Shown here one piece after another: positions 27,541 to 41,559 of a stretch of 64,000 bases of DNA (the stretch's first letter is position 1; each line of letters begins with the position of its first letter). Both the position numbers and the translations under genes were made by a program. The stretch covers positions 44,082,001 through 44,146,000 of the forward strand of contig OX597838.1 of the NCBI GenBank assembly GCA_951406725.2, given 5' to 3'. The stretch is from Octopus vulgaris (lineage: Eukaryota). Below the pieces are notes generated by a model. It searched no databases and had not been told where the DNA came from. It saw only the letters and a list, made by a program, of their open reading frames with translations.

Positions 27541-28780
27541 TAGGTGTTGGACAAAATAATGAAACACCTTAAAATTTGAAACAAATTAATTTTAATATGG
27601 GGTAGATGGGGTAGGACCGCCTTTGGCAGTAATTGCAGCTTGAATTCTACGAGGTATGGACAGTAACAAAGTTTAAATCGTTTCCAAAGGAATTTTTGTC
27701 CATCCTTCAGCTAAAACAGTCTCCAGTTCTTGTGGTGATGATGGTCGAGGATATCGACTCCTTACTTGTTTCTCTAAAATGCACCATAAATGTTGAATAA
27801 TATTGAGATCTGGGGACTGTGGTGGTCAGATAAGATATTCAACTTCAGTAGAACCTTCCTTTAGCTGTGTGAATTGGTGCATTATCATCCTGAAATATTG
27901 TGTTTCCCTCCGGAAACAGTTCCGCAACCGTAGGATGAATTAGAACTGAAAAAAATGCTTAACTAGTCTTGACTATTTATTCTGCCATGAAAGGAAAACA
28001 TTGGGCCTGTGGATTTCCAAGATATAGCCCCCCCGCCCCAGATAACCACAGATCCTCCTCCATGTTTAACTGTTGGAAGAAGTAAGTTCTGGGTCAAATG
28101 CTTCTGTTGGCTGCCTCCACACGTATTCGCGGCCGGTGGTTGGAAATAAGGTAAAGGATGACACGTCCGAGAAAATAACATTCTTCCACTTCACTAGGGA
28201 TCAATTCTGTAGGTTTTTACTCCACTAAAAATCCTTTGCAACGTTTGTTTTTGAATGTAGTGGATTTCAGATTGCAGCCGTCTCGTGAAATCCGGCTTTG
28301 TGTAGCTCCCGGCGAAGTTTTAGTAGAAATTGGTTTCTCGAGGTGGTCATTTAAGTTCTGCAGTAATTATTGGAGCTGTACTTTTGTGATCCTTTCTAAC
28401 AATTCGTGAAAGAGACCGACGGTCCCTATCTGAAAATTTTCGTTTTCTTCCGGAGTTTTGTTTCGACGAATAAGTTTTACCCTCTTTCTCAAAAGCTGTC
28501 AATACTTTCGAGACAGTACATCTTCATACCCCAAACATTTCGGCTGTTTTCGTTACGCTAGCACCTGTCATGTGAACACCAATTTGACCTCTTTGAAAGA
28601 CCAATAGATCTGCCCTTTTAATGAATTTTAATTACGTTTATCTGATGGTAACTAAAAAAAAAACAGCAGCAACAGTAATAAGAAATAAAAAAAAACATAA
28701 AAATAAACATGCTTTTGACAGTTTTATAGATATTTCAAAATTATGATACTAGGTGTTTCTATTATTTTGTCCAACCCCTG
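27541..28780 (-). mobile_element. Degenerate Tc1 (DD34E-type) transposon
   Basis: About 29-bp TIRs (ttggacaaaataat.gaaacacct). Transposase remnants TVKHGGGSVVIWG, FQDDNAPIHTA and PPQSPDLNIIQHLW, with stops and frameshifts. Confidence 0.92.
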
Positions 28781-28805
28781 CATATATATACATACACACA
28801 CACAC

Positions 28806-28853
<48 letters not shown>

Positions 28854-29366
28854 GCATTCTTTTATTCTTTTACGCTTCCAATCATTTGACTGCGGTCATG
28901 CTGGAGTACTTGCCCAAGGTGGAACGGAGTGGGGCTAAACGCGAAACGGGGTAAGCAAATTTCTTACTACACCTCCATTTCTCTCTCTTCCATCTTTTCT
29001 CTTGTCTAAGAAAATATTACTCCAAACTTCGCTATTTTACCCTCATTCTGGTCTAACGACCCTCCATGTTTGCTTTCGTTCAGCTTCCTTGTATGTCTCT
29101 ACTGTCCTGTTTTTGTTCACAACTTTGACCTTCCCCCATAAATCCCAAATTTTATGGGAGCAACTGTCTTCGAAGTCTTACATTGTCGTTCAATGCTCGA
29201 AATGGGGAGTAGATAGACAGCCGAGAACTGATGAAGATTGGTTTTTTTATTTTACTTATCCTGTTTTCTATTTATTTCTCACGTTGTTTGCCTAAATATA
29301 AAATATTGTTTTCGTATTTCATGTTGTTGGTGATATATTGATATGCATATATATTGATATGCATAT

Positions 29367-29413
<47 letters not shown>

Positions 29414-29596
29414 AGAGTATTGTAGTTCGCTTGAAGCATTGTGTATTGTTTGTAAACAATAATAATAAATAGTAATAATGCATTTTGGATGGCACAAGAT
29501 TGCATCGTTGCGCCATTCAATACACATTATTACTATATGTATATATATATATATATTTGTGTGTGTTTGTGTGTGTGTGTGTGTATATACACACCA

Positions 29597-29775
29597 CGAT
29601 TGACCGCTAGCTCCTAAAGTTTTTTTAAAATTCTATTTCTGTTTATTTCATGCTGAAGAGCGTAGGCTCGAAACGTAAAAAAAATTTCTCCCCTTCTTGA
29701 GCGTCAAACTAATACACCTGTTTGTTGTTTCTACACATGTCTTCGTCTTTTGTTTTTCTGTAAATTTCAACTATA
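29597..29775 (+). mobile_element. Short PLE-like 3' terminal element with a minimal HHR-like hairpin
   Basis: ctgaagagcgtaggctcgaaacgta at 29654. Homologous to 5085-5266. Confidence 0.55.
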
Positions 29776-29791
29776 CACACACACACATACA

Positions 29792-29827
<36 letters not shown>

Positions 29828-29889
29828 TATGTAAATATATATATATTTGTATGTATGTATGTATGTATGTATGTATGTATGTATGTATG

Positions 29890-29933
<44 letters not shown>

Positions 29934-29938
<5 letters not shown>

Positions 29939-32146
29939 AAAAGATCAAGATAGAAAATGCTAAAATAATTTTATAAAAAATCATTTCAGTACCGGTTTCA
30001 TTCATTAGAAAAGTTTTTTTAAAAGAATATTTGTATAGTGTTCAAATACAAGTGGCATTTCCCTTGTTTCTGCCTGTCTCTGTCTCTCTTGTTTACTCTT
30101 GTGGGTTCGAGGTCATTGTGAATTCTTGGTAGGGAAGAAGAAAAAGAAGAAGGAGGAGGAGGAGGAGAAGGGAAGAAGAAAAAGAAGAAGAAGGAGGAGG
30201 AGGGGGAGAAGGAAGAAGAAAAAGAAGAATTTGGGAGTGCCATTTTGATTGGTCAGTGGATGGTAGCAATTGCTGTTCAATTCATGAAAATATTTCTATT
30301 GAATGTTTTGCTTATAGAATTTGCGTAGGTATCATTCTAAAAAGCATTAGTGATAAAGTTAGGAAGGAGAAGGAAGGAGAAGGAAGCAGGGGGAGAAGAA
30401 GAAGAAGAAGAAGAAGAAGAAGAAGAAGAAGAAGAAGAGGAAAGAGAAGGGAGAATAAGAATGAATGTAGGTAGTGTGAAAGTAGTAAGGTGTTAAATGA
30501 CTTAAAATTGGCACCTAATGGATTATAGCAGTGATTTGGATTGTTTTTTAATGAATTCTTGGGAATCTCTTGAGTGTATCATTTTTGATATTTGCGTGTG
30601 TATTTGTGTTATTCTAAGGCCGGGGTGGATATGTCGTTTGTCGTAGACGCGTTCAGAAGGGGCCTGTATTTTGTAATAAAGAGAGTTTATTTACTAATTC
30701 GTTGGCTCCAGGTTGTATCGTTCCTGAATTGGTAGAGGGGAAAAATCCTGAAGCTTGGATTTTTGTTGTTGGCGCAAGTATCTATGTGTTGGCTGCATGC
30801 TATTTTTCTGTTTTGGGAAACTTTTATCTGGGATCTGTGCGGGGCCATTATTTTACGTAAACTATTTTTCGTTTGGCCTATGTATTGCTCTTGACACCTA
30901 GAGCAGGTTAATGTGTATATCAGGTTCTCCGAAGCACACGTGAAGTTGCTTTTCACTGTGAAACGCTGTCCCTGTTTGAAGGAGAACTCTGATCCCTCAA
31001 TTAGATAATCGCATATCCCACAATTGGGTCTTCCACATGTTTTTACAGTCGGCTTCTGTGTTGTTGAGCGTATTCGGGCTTGTGTTATGAGACTTTTCAT
31101 ACATTTGGGCTATCTCTTGCTTTTATGATGGTGTGTGTTTGGAGGATTATGTTCATTCTGTGGTCTTTTTTTAGCAGGGGTCTGTTTTGGAGGATGGTGT
31201 CGAAGGCTTCATTGTTAAGAGGGTTGTGTGTGGAGATGTATGGTAAGGCTTTTGGTAGTAAATCTTTCTTTAATTTGGGATGTCTGTGTTCCTGGATGTT
31301 GAGTTGAATGCATATGTCAATTAGTGATGAGTGTATCTTTTATTTCATGTAGTCGTGTCTCTGCTGTTTGCATAAGAAACTATAGTACATATCCTTTTTA
31401 CTAGGTTGAAGGGGATGTTCATTTTGGTGTGTCTGGGGTGGCATGAATTTAATGGAAGATATTGCTTAGAATCCGTAGGCTTATAGTATATATCTGTTTC
31501 TATTGCGTTATTAGATTTCTTAATGAGGATGTCGAGGAAGGGGAGTTGTTGCTGGCTATATTCCATCGTGAATTGGATGTTTACGTCCAGTCCATTTAAA
31601 ATTGTTTGGAATTCTTTGAGTTTCTCTATATTTTCATGCCAAAGAATGAAACAGTCATCTAGGTATCTCTTCCAGTTGTTTTCTATGTTTAGGGGAAAAG
31701 GGCTGCCATATCTTTCTAGAACCTTACGATACAGACTGATTTCTAGATATCCCATGGCTAGGTCGGCAAAGGAGGGGGGCCATTCGCGTACCCATCGCAG
31801 TCCCCGATTTTTGTCGGTAGAAGTTGTCTTTGAAAGCGAAGTAGTTATTTTCCAGGATGAATTTAACCCCTTCTATCACGAATTCTTTTTTGATGCGATG
31901 TGGGAGTTCGTTGGCGTAATTCTCTAGCCAGAATTGAATTGCCTCTATTCCTAGGATGTTGGAATAGAGGTTGACTACATCGAAGGATACTAGTAGGGTG
32001 TTTTTGTTTATTCTTTTAGGCAGGTGATTGAGCATATCCAGGTCGTCCCTTATATAGCTTTTGACATGTTTGAGGAGTGGTTTTAAGAGGGCATCTAAAA
32101 AGTTACTGACGCGGTGGGTTTCGCATGCGGGACCTGCTATTATAGG

Positions 32147-32147
<1 letters not shown>
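29934..32147 (-). mobile_element. 5'-truncated, frameshifted Neptune-type Penelope-like retroelement (RT + GIY-YIG)
   Basis: RT motifs LVSFDVVNLYSNI, QKSGTAMGTRMAP, WKRYLDD, LPFLDI, TDIYYKPTD and SCHP. Cys linker CGRPNCGIC. GIY-YIG NLIYTLTC..C.EQYIGQT. Flanked by TA/TC tracts. GAAACCGGTA remnant near the 3' end. Confidence 0.93.
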
Positions 32148-32210
<63 letters not shown>

Positions 32211-32661
32211 GGTGTTAATTATCCATTAGGGATGATCTTACCAATCGTTTCACGTGAAATTATATAATGGAGTGTTAGGCAGCAAACCAGTTATATAATA
32301 TACACGTGTCAGTCATGGAAGGGGAAGTGTTGACTGCTCTCCACTCCCTGACTTATGGTCTCTCAGACAACTCAAGCGTGTGCATGTGTGCATGTGTGTG
32401 TGTGTGTGCCTTTTTGTGTCTGTGTCTGTCCCCACCACAACTTCGCAACCATTGTTCATGTATTTACAGCCCCATAACTTAACGGCTCGGTTCCAGACTT
32501 TTAAAATATCACTAGAACGATTTGGTCGACTAAAATGCCCCAATGAGATGCGCCAGTATCATCACAGTCTAATGACTGAAGTAAGAGGTAAAACGTGTAT
32601 GTATGTATGTGTGAGTTTGTCTTTTTGTGTATGTATGTATGTATGTATGTATGTATGTATG

Positions 32662-32714
<53 letters not shown>

Positions 32715-32794
32715 ACCATACTTATATATTCATGTATATTCATATATATGTATATCTCTCGATATATATATATACACACACATATATAAATATA

Positions 32795-32846
<52 letters not shown>

Positions 32847-32849
<3 letters not shown>

Positions 32850-33372
32850 CTAGAAAGGAATGAAAATTAAAAACGTTTACCATCTCAATTATTTCCCAGA
32901 CCATGTTTTCTATTTCCAGCAAAAAAATATTTGCTGAAGGCTGGTCTTCATCAGTGGGAAGCCTTTGGATTTCAAACATACATACACCCAGATCCATATG
33001 TAAAACTAACTGCTTGTATATCCTAACTTTTCAGACCACTGCGCAGACGCAGAATATACCCGGCGACAGAGAGGATGCCGGTAAAAATTTCGAACAAATT
33101 TATCGAAGAATATTTAAACATAATAAATAACAATAGGGTAATAAGAAATTATTATTACCAGTGGCCTAGCACAAAAACGAATTAGTCATTAGACTATATA
33201 TTATTAACATAGAAATACAACAAGAAGCTTTCAAATAGGAAAGCCTTGTGCTAGAAAGAGCAGTAGAAAACTCAAACCACCAATTAACGATAAATTCTCG
33301 AAAGGAATGAAAATTAAAAACGTTTACCATCTCAATTATTTCCCAGACTATGGTTTCTAACTATTTCCAGCA
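32847..33372 (-). mobile_element. 447-nt unit bounded by direct repeats containing HHR halves (retrozyme/pLTR-like)
   Basis: Direct repeats start at 32848 and 33295. Non-coding. The 3' end abuts (TA)n. Confidence 0.75.
32893..32960 (-). ncRNA. Type I hammerhead ribozyme motif
   Basis: ttccca CTGATGA ...ttcagcaaa/tttgctggaa... GAAAAC atg GTC tgggaa, with a perfect 6-bp helix I. The second repeat gives GAAAC cata GTC tgggaa (consensus palindrome accatggt). Confidence 0.75.
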
Positions 33373-34536
33373 TCTATTTCACACCTTTTTCTATAAATAG
33401 AAAAATCTTTCTTGTCTCCTTTCAATTGTTCATTCTTCTCAAAACCTTCTCTCAGTTCAAAACAACTGAATATTCTTCAGTCCGGTTACAGAACTAGATT
33501 CCCTAAGCAACATCAAGAACAACAACAAGAAGAAGAACAACAACAACAACATGAAATCTGATATTCACACTTGTCCAGGAAGCCCGTATACGAAATACCC
33601 ATATCTTGAAAGACATTGTGAATAGCGAGTTAATCTGATATTAAACCGATTTTTAGAAGTCGTGGAAATTATATATTTATCCACGATGTTCAAGAAGAAA
33701 ATGAGATAAGGTTTCATAAAAATTGTTGATGCATCTTCTTAATTTATGTTTACGGTTTGTTAACATTTAAATGAAGTGTTCACGTCTGTTCATGCAACCA
33801 TTTTGTTTTCGCAAACAATCGGGTTCTCGAAACGTTATCCGAGAATCTGTAAGGGACTTCGATTTAGAAGGATAATCAACAAACCATCCAGAATATTCTC
33901 TGATATGGGAGAATATCTTGATCATTGTGCAGGACGGAAGTTATATATTCGTAGTGAGTAAAAACTTACGACATTTTTATGTGTATTGTGTGGTGAAAGA
34001 TAGATGCAGTTTAAAAGTGTGGTGGTTGTGGAGGCATGCGTGATGTGTGTGTGTGTGTGCCTGTGTGTGTGTGTGCCTGTGTGTGTGTGTTGTGTGCCTG
34101 TGTGTGTGTGTCTGCGTGCGTGTGTGAATGATCGTGTATGGTTGTGCGTGCTTTAGTAATTAATATAGTTAAAATATTGTTTTGTATTTCTATTATTCCT
34201 TTATAAATTCCGTCTTGTTACAGCGATGTCAATTTTTTTTTAGGATATTTAATTTAACGAACACGTAGAAAAGAAATTTTCGTTGGATTTAAACGAAACT
34301 TAATAAAGATTAAAATATAAAAATAAAAAAATAAAATAAAACGGACAAACTAATATTGTTAAGCAATTAAAAAGAGACCGAAGAATTGTTTAATTTCATT
34401 TACAATTAATCATTTGAAAAATTTTCAGTTGGCTCTTGTTTGTGAACGGAGAATAGTCTTCCTGCTGCTTGTTCTACGGTGGTTATTGTTGACATTGCTG
34501 TTGTTTTTGTTGCTGTAGTTTTTCCTTTTAATAAAA

Positions 34537-34752
34537 CAATCAATTGATCACCGTCAGTAATATTTTCTTCGGTACCATGATGATGATGATGATGATGATA
34601 ATGATCATCATCATCATGATCATGATCATTAAAACGAGTACAACTACCACCACTACCGCTAAACACGACGACGTCCACCACCAACACTACCACCAATACC
34701 ACCACCACCACCACCACCACTATCACTACCACTAACACTATCGCTGCAACAG

Positions 34753-34848
<96 letters not shown>

Positions 34849-34855
34849 CAACAGC
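34537..34855. repeat. Compound trinucleotide repeats (GAT)(CAC)(CAT)(CAG)
   Basis: Direct reading. Confidence 0.9.
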
Positions 34856-35039
34856 TACGTTCACATTCTATTTTTTTTCGATATTTTTTTAGTTGTTCTT
34901 ATTTCCAATATCTTAAAATATTACTTTAGAAATTAAATTAAAGTTAATAATTTTATTTTCGTCTAATTAAGTTATCATCATTCTGTTTAAGTTTATTTTG
35001 AACCAATAATTTGTTTTTAAATGGTATTTGTTATTATTT

Positions 35040-35209
35040 CTACGATTCCGTCTTGATATTAATTGGTTCGTACCACGAATGCGTACGCTTCAATCTCTCC
35101 CCGCCCACCCACACGAAATACAACGCCATCACACTCTCTATCGATGTCGAGATAATGGCGGCGACCTCACGCTCCGAGGAACTCCATCCCGCAGGAAGAT
35201 CAACCAAGA
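35040..35209 (-). CDS. Candidate terminal coding exon of an unidentified host gene (one hydrophobic segment)
   Basis: GC/CpG-rich non-repetitive island. Acceptor ttttctgttcag. Open frame LVDLPAGWSSSEREVAAIISTSIESVMALYFVWVGGERLKRTHSWYEPINIKTES*. No homology recognised. Confidence 0.35.
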
Positions 35210-35350
35210 CTGAACAGAAAACCAAGTAGGATAGAAAGTGACAACTAATGATCCTTCACTTATATATGTCTTCTTCTTCTTCTTCTTCTTCTTCTTCTTC
35301 TTCTTCTTCTTCTTCTTCTTCTTCTTCTTCTTCTTCTTCTTCTTCTTCTT

Positions 35351-35409
<59 letters not shown>

Positions 35410-35470
35410 GGCGGCGGGCAGAATCGTTAGCACGCCGGGCTAACAGTGTCTGTCTGTCTATCTATCTGTT

Positions 35471-35529
<59 letters not shown>

Positions 35530-35788
35530 ATATATATATCTATCTATCTACCTATCTATCTATTTATCTTTCTATTGTATAATATATACATGCACGAATA
35601 TTATGTAATATATATATATGCATACGTCTGTGTCTATATATGTATGTATATATATATGTATGTATATATATATGTATGTATATATATATGTATGTGTGTA
35701 TATACATATGTGTATATATGTATATATACATACATACATACATATATATATATACATACAAACATATACACACATACATACATAATAC

Positions 35789-35819
<31 letters not shown>

Positions 35820-35884
35820 CATATATATATGTGCGTGTGTGTGCGTGTGTGTGTGTATGTATGTATGTATGTATGTATGTATGT

Positions 35885-36440
35885 TATGTCAGGTCACATT
35901 CGAGTGCTACTGGTAACATGTAACCCAGTACAACCTGTTACATGGTCGGGTCATCGGCGACGAAACTGGCAACGCCACCTAGCTTGCTTGGTGAGGAGGC
36001 TGTTTATTGGAAACCCTGCGGGATGAAAAACAAAACCCATCAAAGGGCGGAGGAACTCTTGAGAGTCAACGGCCATCGAATAAATGCCTTAAGGCCTTAT
36101 CATGTTCGGGGACATAGAAATAATCGGACTGAATACCCGATCGTGCGGTTAAACCATTGTGATTGAAGGACTCCTAGCCTTTGTTAGGGCATCCTTCTAG
36201 GAGAAGGTAACTCAGGTAACTGGGATACCTCCGACATAAAATCTGCGGCTCAGTGGTTACCGATGATGTTGACTTGTTCTTCTTTTCGGATTATGGCTGC
36301 TGTTGCTTAGTGAGTGGGATTGACTCAGTGCACAGCCTTTCCTCACTTTAAAAAAAATCTTCTTGCACAGGCATTGCACGATAACAGCATTGATTAAGCT
36401 TCGTGCAATGGCCATACTCGATAACGAGGGGGCAGCCACC
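35885..36440 (+). mobile_element. Non-autonomous RTE-like element (5' UTR type) inserted in (TATG)n
   Basis: 5' region homologous to 54055-54710. atgt repeats on both flanks. Confidence 0.6.
35918..35969 (+). ncRNA. HDV-like ribozyme candidate
   Basis: P1 atgta/tacat, P2 ccagt/actgg, P3 ac/gt, L3 aacct, GG (P1.1), P4 tcg..cga, J4/2 CGAA. Helices are shorter than canonical. Confidence 0.45.
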
Positions 36441-36522
36441 ATGTATGTATGTATGTATGAGTTCCCAAATCCATGCATTTAGTCGTAAATGCAGATATAA
36501 AATGTAGATGTGTGTGTATATA

Positions 36523-37395
36523 CATGAAGTAGTACCAAAAAGAAACCGGAATTTTGAAATATTTTATTCACTTTGCTTCACATGTTTACACTTTTATTGC
36601 CTTTGAAATTATTCTCCATTTGAAGAAATGCATCGGTCCAGGCGCGTTTCCCACTATTTGAAGAAGTGCTGGAACTCTTGCGAAGTAATGTCTTTAGACG
36701 CCACCGTAGTACTTTTCTTCATGCTTTCCACACCTGCCAATTCCGTAGCACCAACTTTCGTCACCATTGATAACATTCGAAGAAAGGTTCAGATCGATTT
36801 CGAATTGTTCTCTCAGTCCACGACACACATTCTGTCGTGACTGCTTTTGATCTTACGTTAGCAAGGGAGGAATAAATTTTAATGCAATTCTTTTCATTCA
36901 TAATTCGTCGATCAAAATTCGTTGAAAGGATCTCCAGAACATAACAGTCATACCTACGTGTTCGTCAACTGTTCCACGATCAGTTCATGAATTTACGTTT
37001 TCATTTACGCGGAAGGTCGACGATCGTCCTGAACATAGCTGGTCTTCAAGCGACAAGTCACCATTCCTAAAGCGTGGAAACCCCTCCTAAACATGTGTTT
37101 TAATCGTGGTAGTTTCCTTGTAAGCTGTTTGAAGCATGGCAACGGTTTAAGTCGTCGTTTTCCCCAGCAGAAAACAAAATTTCCTTCGTTTCAGCCATCA
37201 CAAAAATCGATCAACAGAGGTGAAGCAGTGCAAAAGAAAGACGCTCAACGTGACAGTACGACTCCTGCCGACGATGCCGGTCGGCATTCTGATGCCTGAG
37301 GGTCGCATCAAGTAGCGTCCAGCGACGAAAGCTTGAAATACAGAGGGCATGCCCGATAGAGAACGTTTCCCATTACTTTTGAGTACCCTTTCGTA
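36523..37395 (-). mobile_element. Internally deleted mariner element
   Basis: Remnants VINGDESW and QEFQHFFK*WETRLDRCISSNGE*FQG. Diverged TIRs (gaagtagtaccaaaaag / cttttgagtaccctttcg-TA). Confidence 0.8.
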
Positions 37396-38292
37396 TACAT
37401 ATCTACATGCATACATTGATACATACATACATAAATATATACATATATATATACATATGTATGTACGTATGTATGTATGTATGTATGTATGTATGTATGT
37501 ATGTATGTATGTATGTATGTATGTATGCGTATGTGTGTTCGCAAATACATATATACACAATATAGACGCAAATTCAGACGTATATATAAATGTACACTAT
37601 CTGCAGTATATCTATCTATCTATTAATCTATATACATATTACAGATAATATATATATATATATATATATATACTCATACACAGGTTGCTAGAGACAAAAT
37701 GAGAATGAGAAAAAGAGTGTGTGTGTGTGCATGCTTGTTTATGCCTAACGATTATATATTTATAGAGCAGTATGTATGTGGACAAATCCGAATCAATTAC
37801 CACAGCAAACGATAATGATGGCAATCGTGAAATGAGGTGTGCTCTGATAATATCAATAAAAGTTCCTGTGACTCTTCATTAAAGCATAATTTGGCCCTTA
37901 GCTGGATGTCTTACACCCTTGTTAGGCGATTCGTTAGTGTTATATAGCTTGAACTAGAAGGCTAATGGTACAGACATAAACTATATTCCACTGACATTTA
38001 CGTCATAAAGCAACATATTTTAGTCCACCTGTCAATTGGTCTGCTTAATTCGCGCCATCCACCTCTAAATTATTCGCTTGATATTTAAGGGATATATTCT
38101 AACTATAACCGTAAGGTAAACTAATTCCGCGGCTTTCTTTACGCATGATTAGCAGAAATCAAATATAAAATGTATAGCAACAGAAAAGAACAGAAAGCCG
38201 ATCAATTAGTTAAAACGTACTAACACACATATGATGTATGTTTACTGACAGCGATTGATAAAACACTGGCACATTTACACACACATACACAT

Positions 38293-38332
<40 letters not shown>

Positions 38333-38439
38333 ACTCAAACAACGCAATCGCGCGCGCGTGGGTGCGTATGTGTGTACCTCACAAAGTAAACATGATTTTA
38401 ATTGAGCCATGCACTTAGCCTGTACCTTCTGAATGCCTG

Positions 38440-38930
38440 CACTGCCTGATCGACTATACTTGTGGACTATACATTCCTATGGCTTATACAGTCTGGGAAC
38501 ATTTTCAGCCTTATGGCCTATACAGCCCGAGAGCTCAACCCAGCCCCATGGCCTATATAATTTGATAACCTATACATTCTTATGGCATATACATTCTAAT
38601 GGCCTATACATTGTAATGGCTTATATAGTCTGAGAACATTTTAATTTTGATGGTCTAGATAGCCTAATGGCCTATACAGACTTTGGCCTATACAGTCCGA
38701 TAGCCTATAGAGCCTAATGGCCTATACGACTTGAAGGCTAATGGGCTATACATTCTGATGGTATATACATTGTAATGGCTTATACTTTCTAATGGCCTGT
38801 ATATCCTAATGACATACACAGCGTTATGCTTAGACAGCCTGATGGCCTACACAGCTTGATGTCCTGTACACTCTGCTGGCCTATGCATTCTGATCGCCCC
38901 TACATTCTGATGGCCCATGCAGCCTCATGC
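38440..38930. repeat. Degenerate minisatellite, about 17-bp unit tggcctatacagcctga / tggcctatacattctaa
   Basis: Roughly 25-30 diverged units, read directly. Confidence 0.85.
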
Positions 38931-39359
38931 AGACGACGAGTGCCATGGAGTGTGAATCAAGAGGAGAATACCAGTTAAAGTGGATCCCCTAACAATAAGC
39001 GGGGAATACTTTTACACCTCAAAAGATTTGATACAACAGGGTATTAAACTCAGCGATAAGGATCTTTCCTGGTTGAGTAGCTTACTTGTCCGCCTGACCG
39101 GTCCTATAGACATGCAATTAGAATGCTGCAGGAGAGAATTGGAGGACAAATTTTTCAAGGCAAGCCAAGAAGCGGGCGACCGAGGTGCAGACCAAAAACG
39201 CGAGGGTTAGATAATATCCATAGCCTTAGTTGGTCGGTAAAGTCTAGTAACAATTGCTGTTGACACTTTCAGAATCGCAGGCAGAGATCAAATTGATGGA
39301 CGGACTCCAAACAACATGATCATTACAACTCATAACCTACAATACACGTTTGTTGTTGT

Positions 39360-39633
39360 TTGTTCCTTCTCGAGGTATGCCTGGTTCATAAGGGCCGGTG
39401 TCCTGGTTTCATTGGCGTATAGGCTCCCCAAGTGAGCTACTAGATGCAGGAGGAAAGAATCAGAGAAAGTTGTGGCGAAGGAGTCAGCAGAAGTCCGCCA
39501 TTACCTTCTGTCGGAGCCGCGTGTCACTTTGGTGTTTCACTCAAAAACATATACATTGCCCCATCTGCGATTCTAAAACCGCGATCCCTCGACCGCAAGT
39601 CCGCTGCTCCAACCACTAAGCCATGTGCCTCCA
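39360..39633 (-). mobile_element. Chimeric SINE (family D-like head, family C-like tail)
   Basis: Homologous to 53713-53993. Confidence 0.8.
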
Positions 39634-41559
39634 CTCTATACACATTTACTCAAATTATATTTACAGTAACTAAATTGTCTGTGGTCATTACAAGAATCTA
39701 ACCCGATAGGTGTAAGAAAGACTTAAACTATTTAAGGTCATTGGAATGCTTTCAAAATCACAAATGTAGAGAAAAGACACGTGATGCCGCACGTCTCTAA
39801 ATAATCAACTGGGAAAAGCGGAGTGAAGGTCAAAAATAGATGTTTGTAGATACTAGTTGTGACAAATGATAATAGCTTGAATTCCAAGAGACTCTTTTTA
39901 TGAATGATAAAAGGCTAAACATGTGAAAAGTTTTTAGTTCTCAGATGTGTCTCAACTTCAAATACTTTTCCTCAAAAGGGCCTATTTTCTGGGTTGCGTC
40001 TGCTTATCCGAGAAAAATGGTATATATCGGTTAAATATTGAGATTTTTGAAAAATTTAAAATATTCTGTAATCGGTATGTTTTGCTATTTCTGAATGAAA
40101 CATAAAAGACCCTCTCAAAGTTTTTACCAAATTAATGGTTTTCAAATGCATCCTCACAACAATGACAGTCTAAACTTCAGACATGTAGCAATATCTTAAG
40201 GGTCCCAGATTGTAAAGCTGAAACCACATCTATAGATGACAACTTGTATCCAGCAATAATGGCTTTTTTTTTTCAAATAAAGAAGCATGGAAATTACACA
40301 TACATGTACACCAAAGTAGTTGAGTAGAAACATGATATAAAACCGATACTAATCCTTTTACAAGGAACTTTAGTAAACGATACCAAATACAAAAGAGACA
40401 AAAGCGTGGAACTCCTGCGGTATAAGCTATACTATAAAACCAGCATGGATGAGCAGTGTGTGACGTCTTTATTTGGAGATTACTTTCATGTAATTCAGGA
40501 GCTGGAAATGGTTATGTATCGTCTGTAGAAAAAAATGCATTATCTAGCAACAAATGTAGAAGATACAACAACTAAAATGAAGACAGTAACCACATCATTG
40601 CCAGCTGTGAGAATAGTTGTTAGAACATGAGAGTCTGTATCATCTTTTTTAACGACATTTTGTTTATCGACATCCAGAAGAACCCGGACTAACGATTCTG
40701 GCAAAAACCGGTGACCGGGTTTATTGAAATCATTACAAAATCGCTATACATTTAATGAGCTAGATTGATTTACCTGCAGATTTCACTTGAAATTTTATCA
40801 CGGCTGCAGCAGAAAGTTCAACGAAATTTTGTAGCCTGAAGAAACTCAGAATCGAGCGAAACAAAGAACTTTTATGTAGAGGCTCTACCTGCTAGAAATA
40901 CCTGTAAAATACTGCTTAAGACATAAAACATAAAACAAGCTGTGTGAAAATCAGAAACATCCATAGTCTTAGATTCATTCTGTCTGAATAAAAGATGAGA
41001 GGTTGTGGTTGCATGGTTCTCATCCTCGATTTGTTTGGGGTTTGATCAGCTGAGTCTAGATAAGAACAACAACAACAATAACAAGAAGACTCACTCTGCC
41101 TTGATGAACCTCGTCAAATTACTGGTACCTGGGTCCTTTCAGGGTAGTTCACTTTGCTACTGCTATTCGAGAGAAGCCTCCGCTTAGAGATGAAATTCCT
41201 TCTTTTCTCCCCACCCCAATATTTTTGAACGACACTGAAGAGAGTTGGGAATGCTGCTCTTCTTTTACGCAACAACAACAACAACAAAAGTAGCAGCAGC
41301 AGCAGTAGTAACAGTAACAGCAACAACAACCGCGATGACAACAGCACACCTTGAGACACACTGTTTCTTTTCAATGCATCAACGACGAAATAGTTTATGG
41401 TGCAAATAAACGATGCAATTTGCCAAACGGAAGGTCCATAAGGAAAACTTTATTGCCGAAAATTAGATTGTAGTGTTATCATCATTCATTTAAGTTATAT
41501 TTTTGTCAATAATGTGTCATAGAAGGAAGAAGACACTCATTGATTTTGACAGCTGTCAT

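Noticed and set aside
34406-34864. 152-aa poly-A/D/V/H ORF
   Set aside because: Built from trinucleotide microsatellites.
38440-38930. CRISPR-like regular spacing
   Set aside because: A degenerate tandem minisatellite without unique spacers, in a eukaryotic context with no cas genes.
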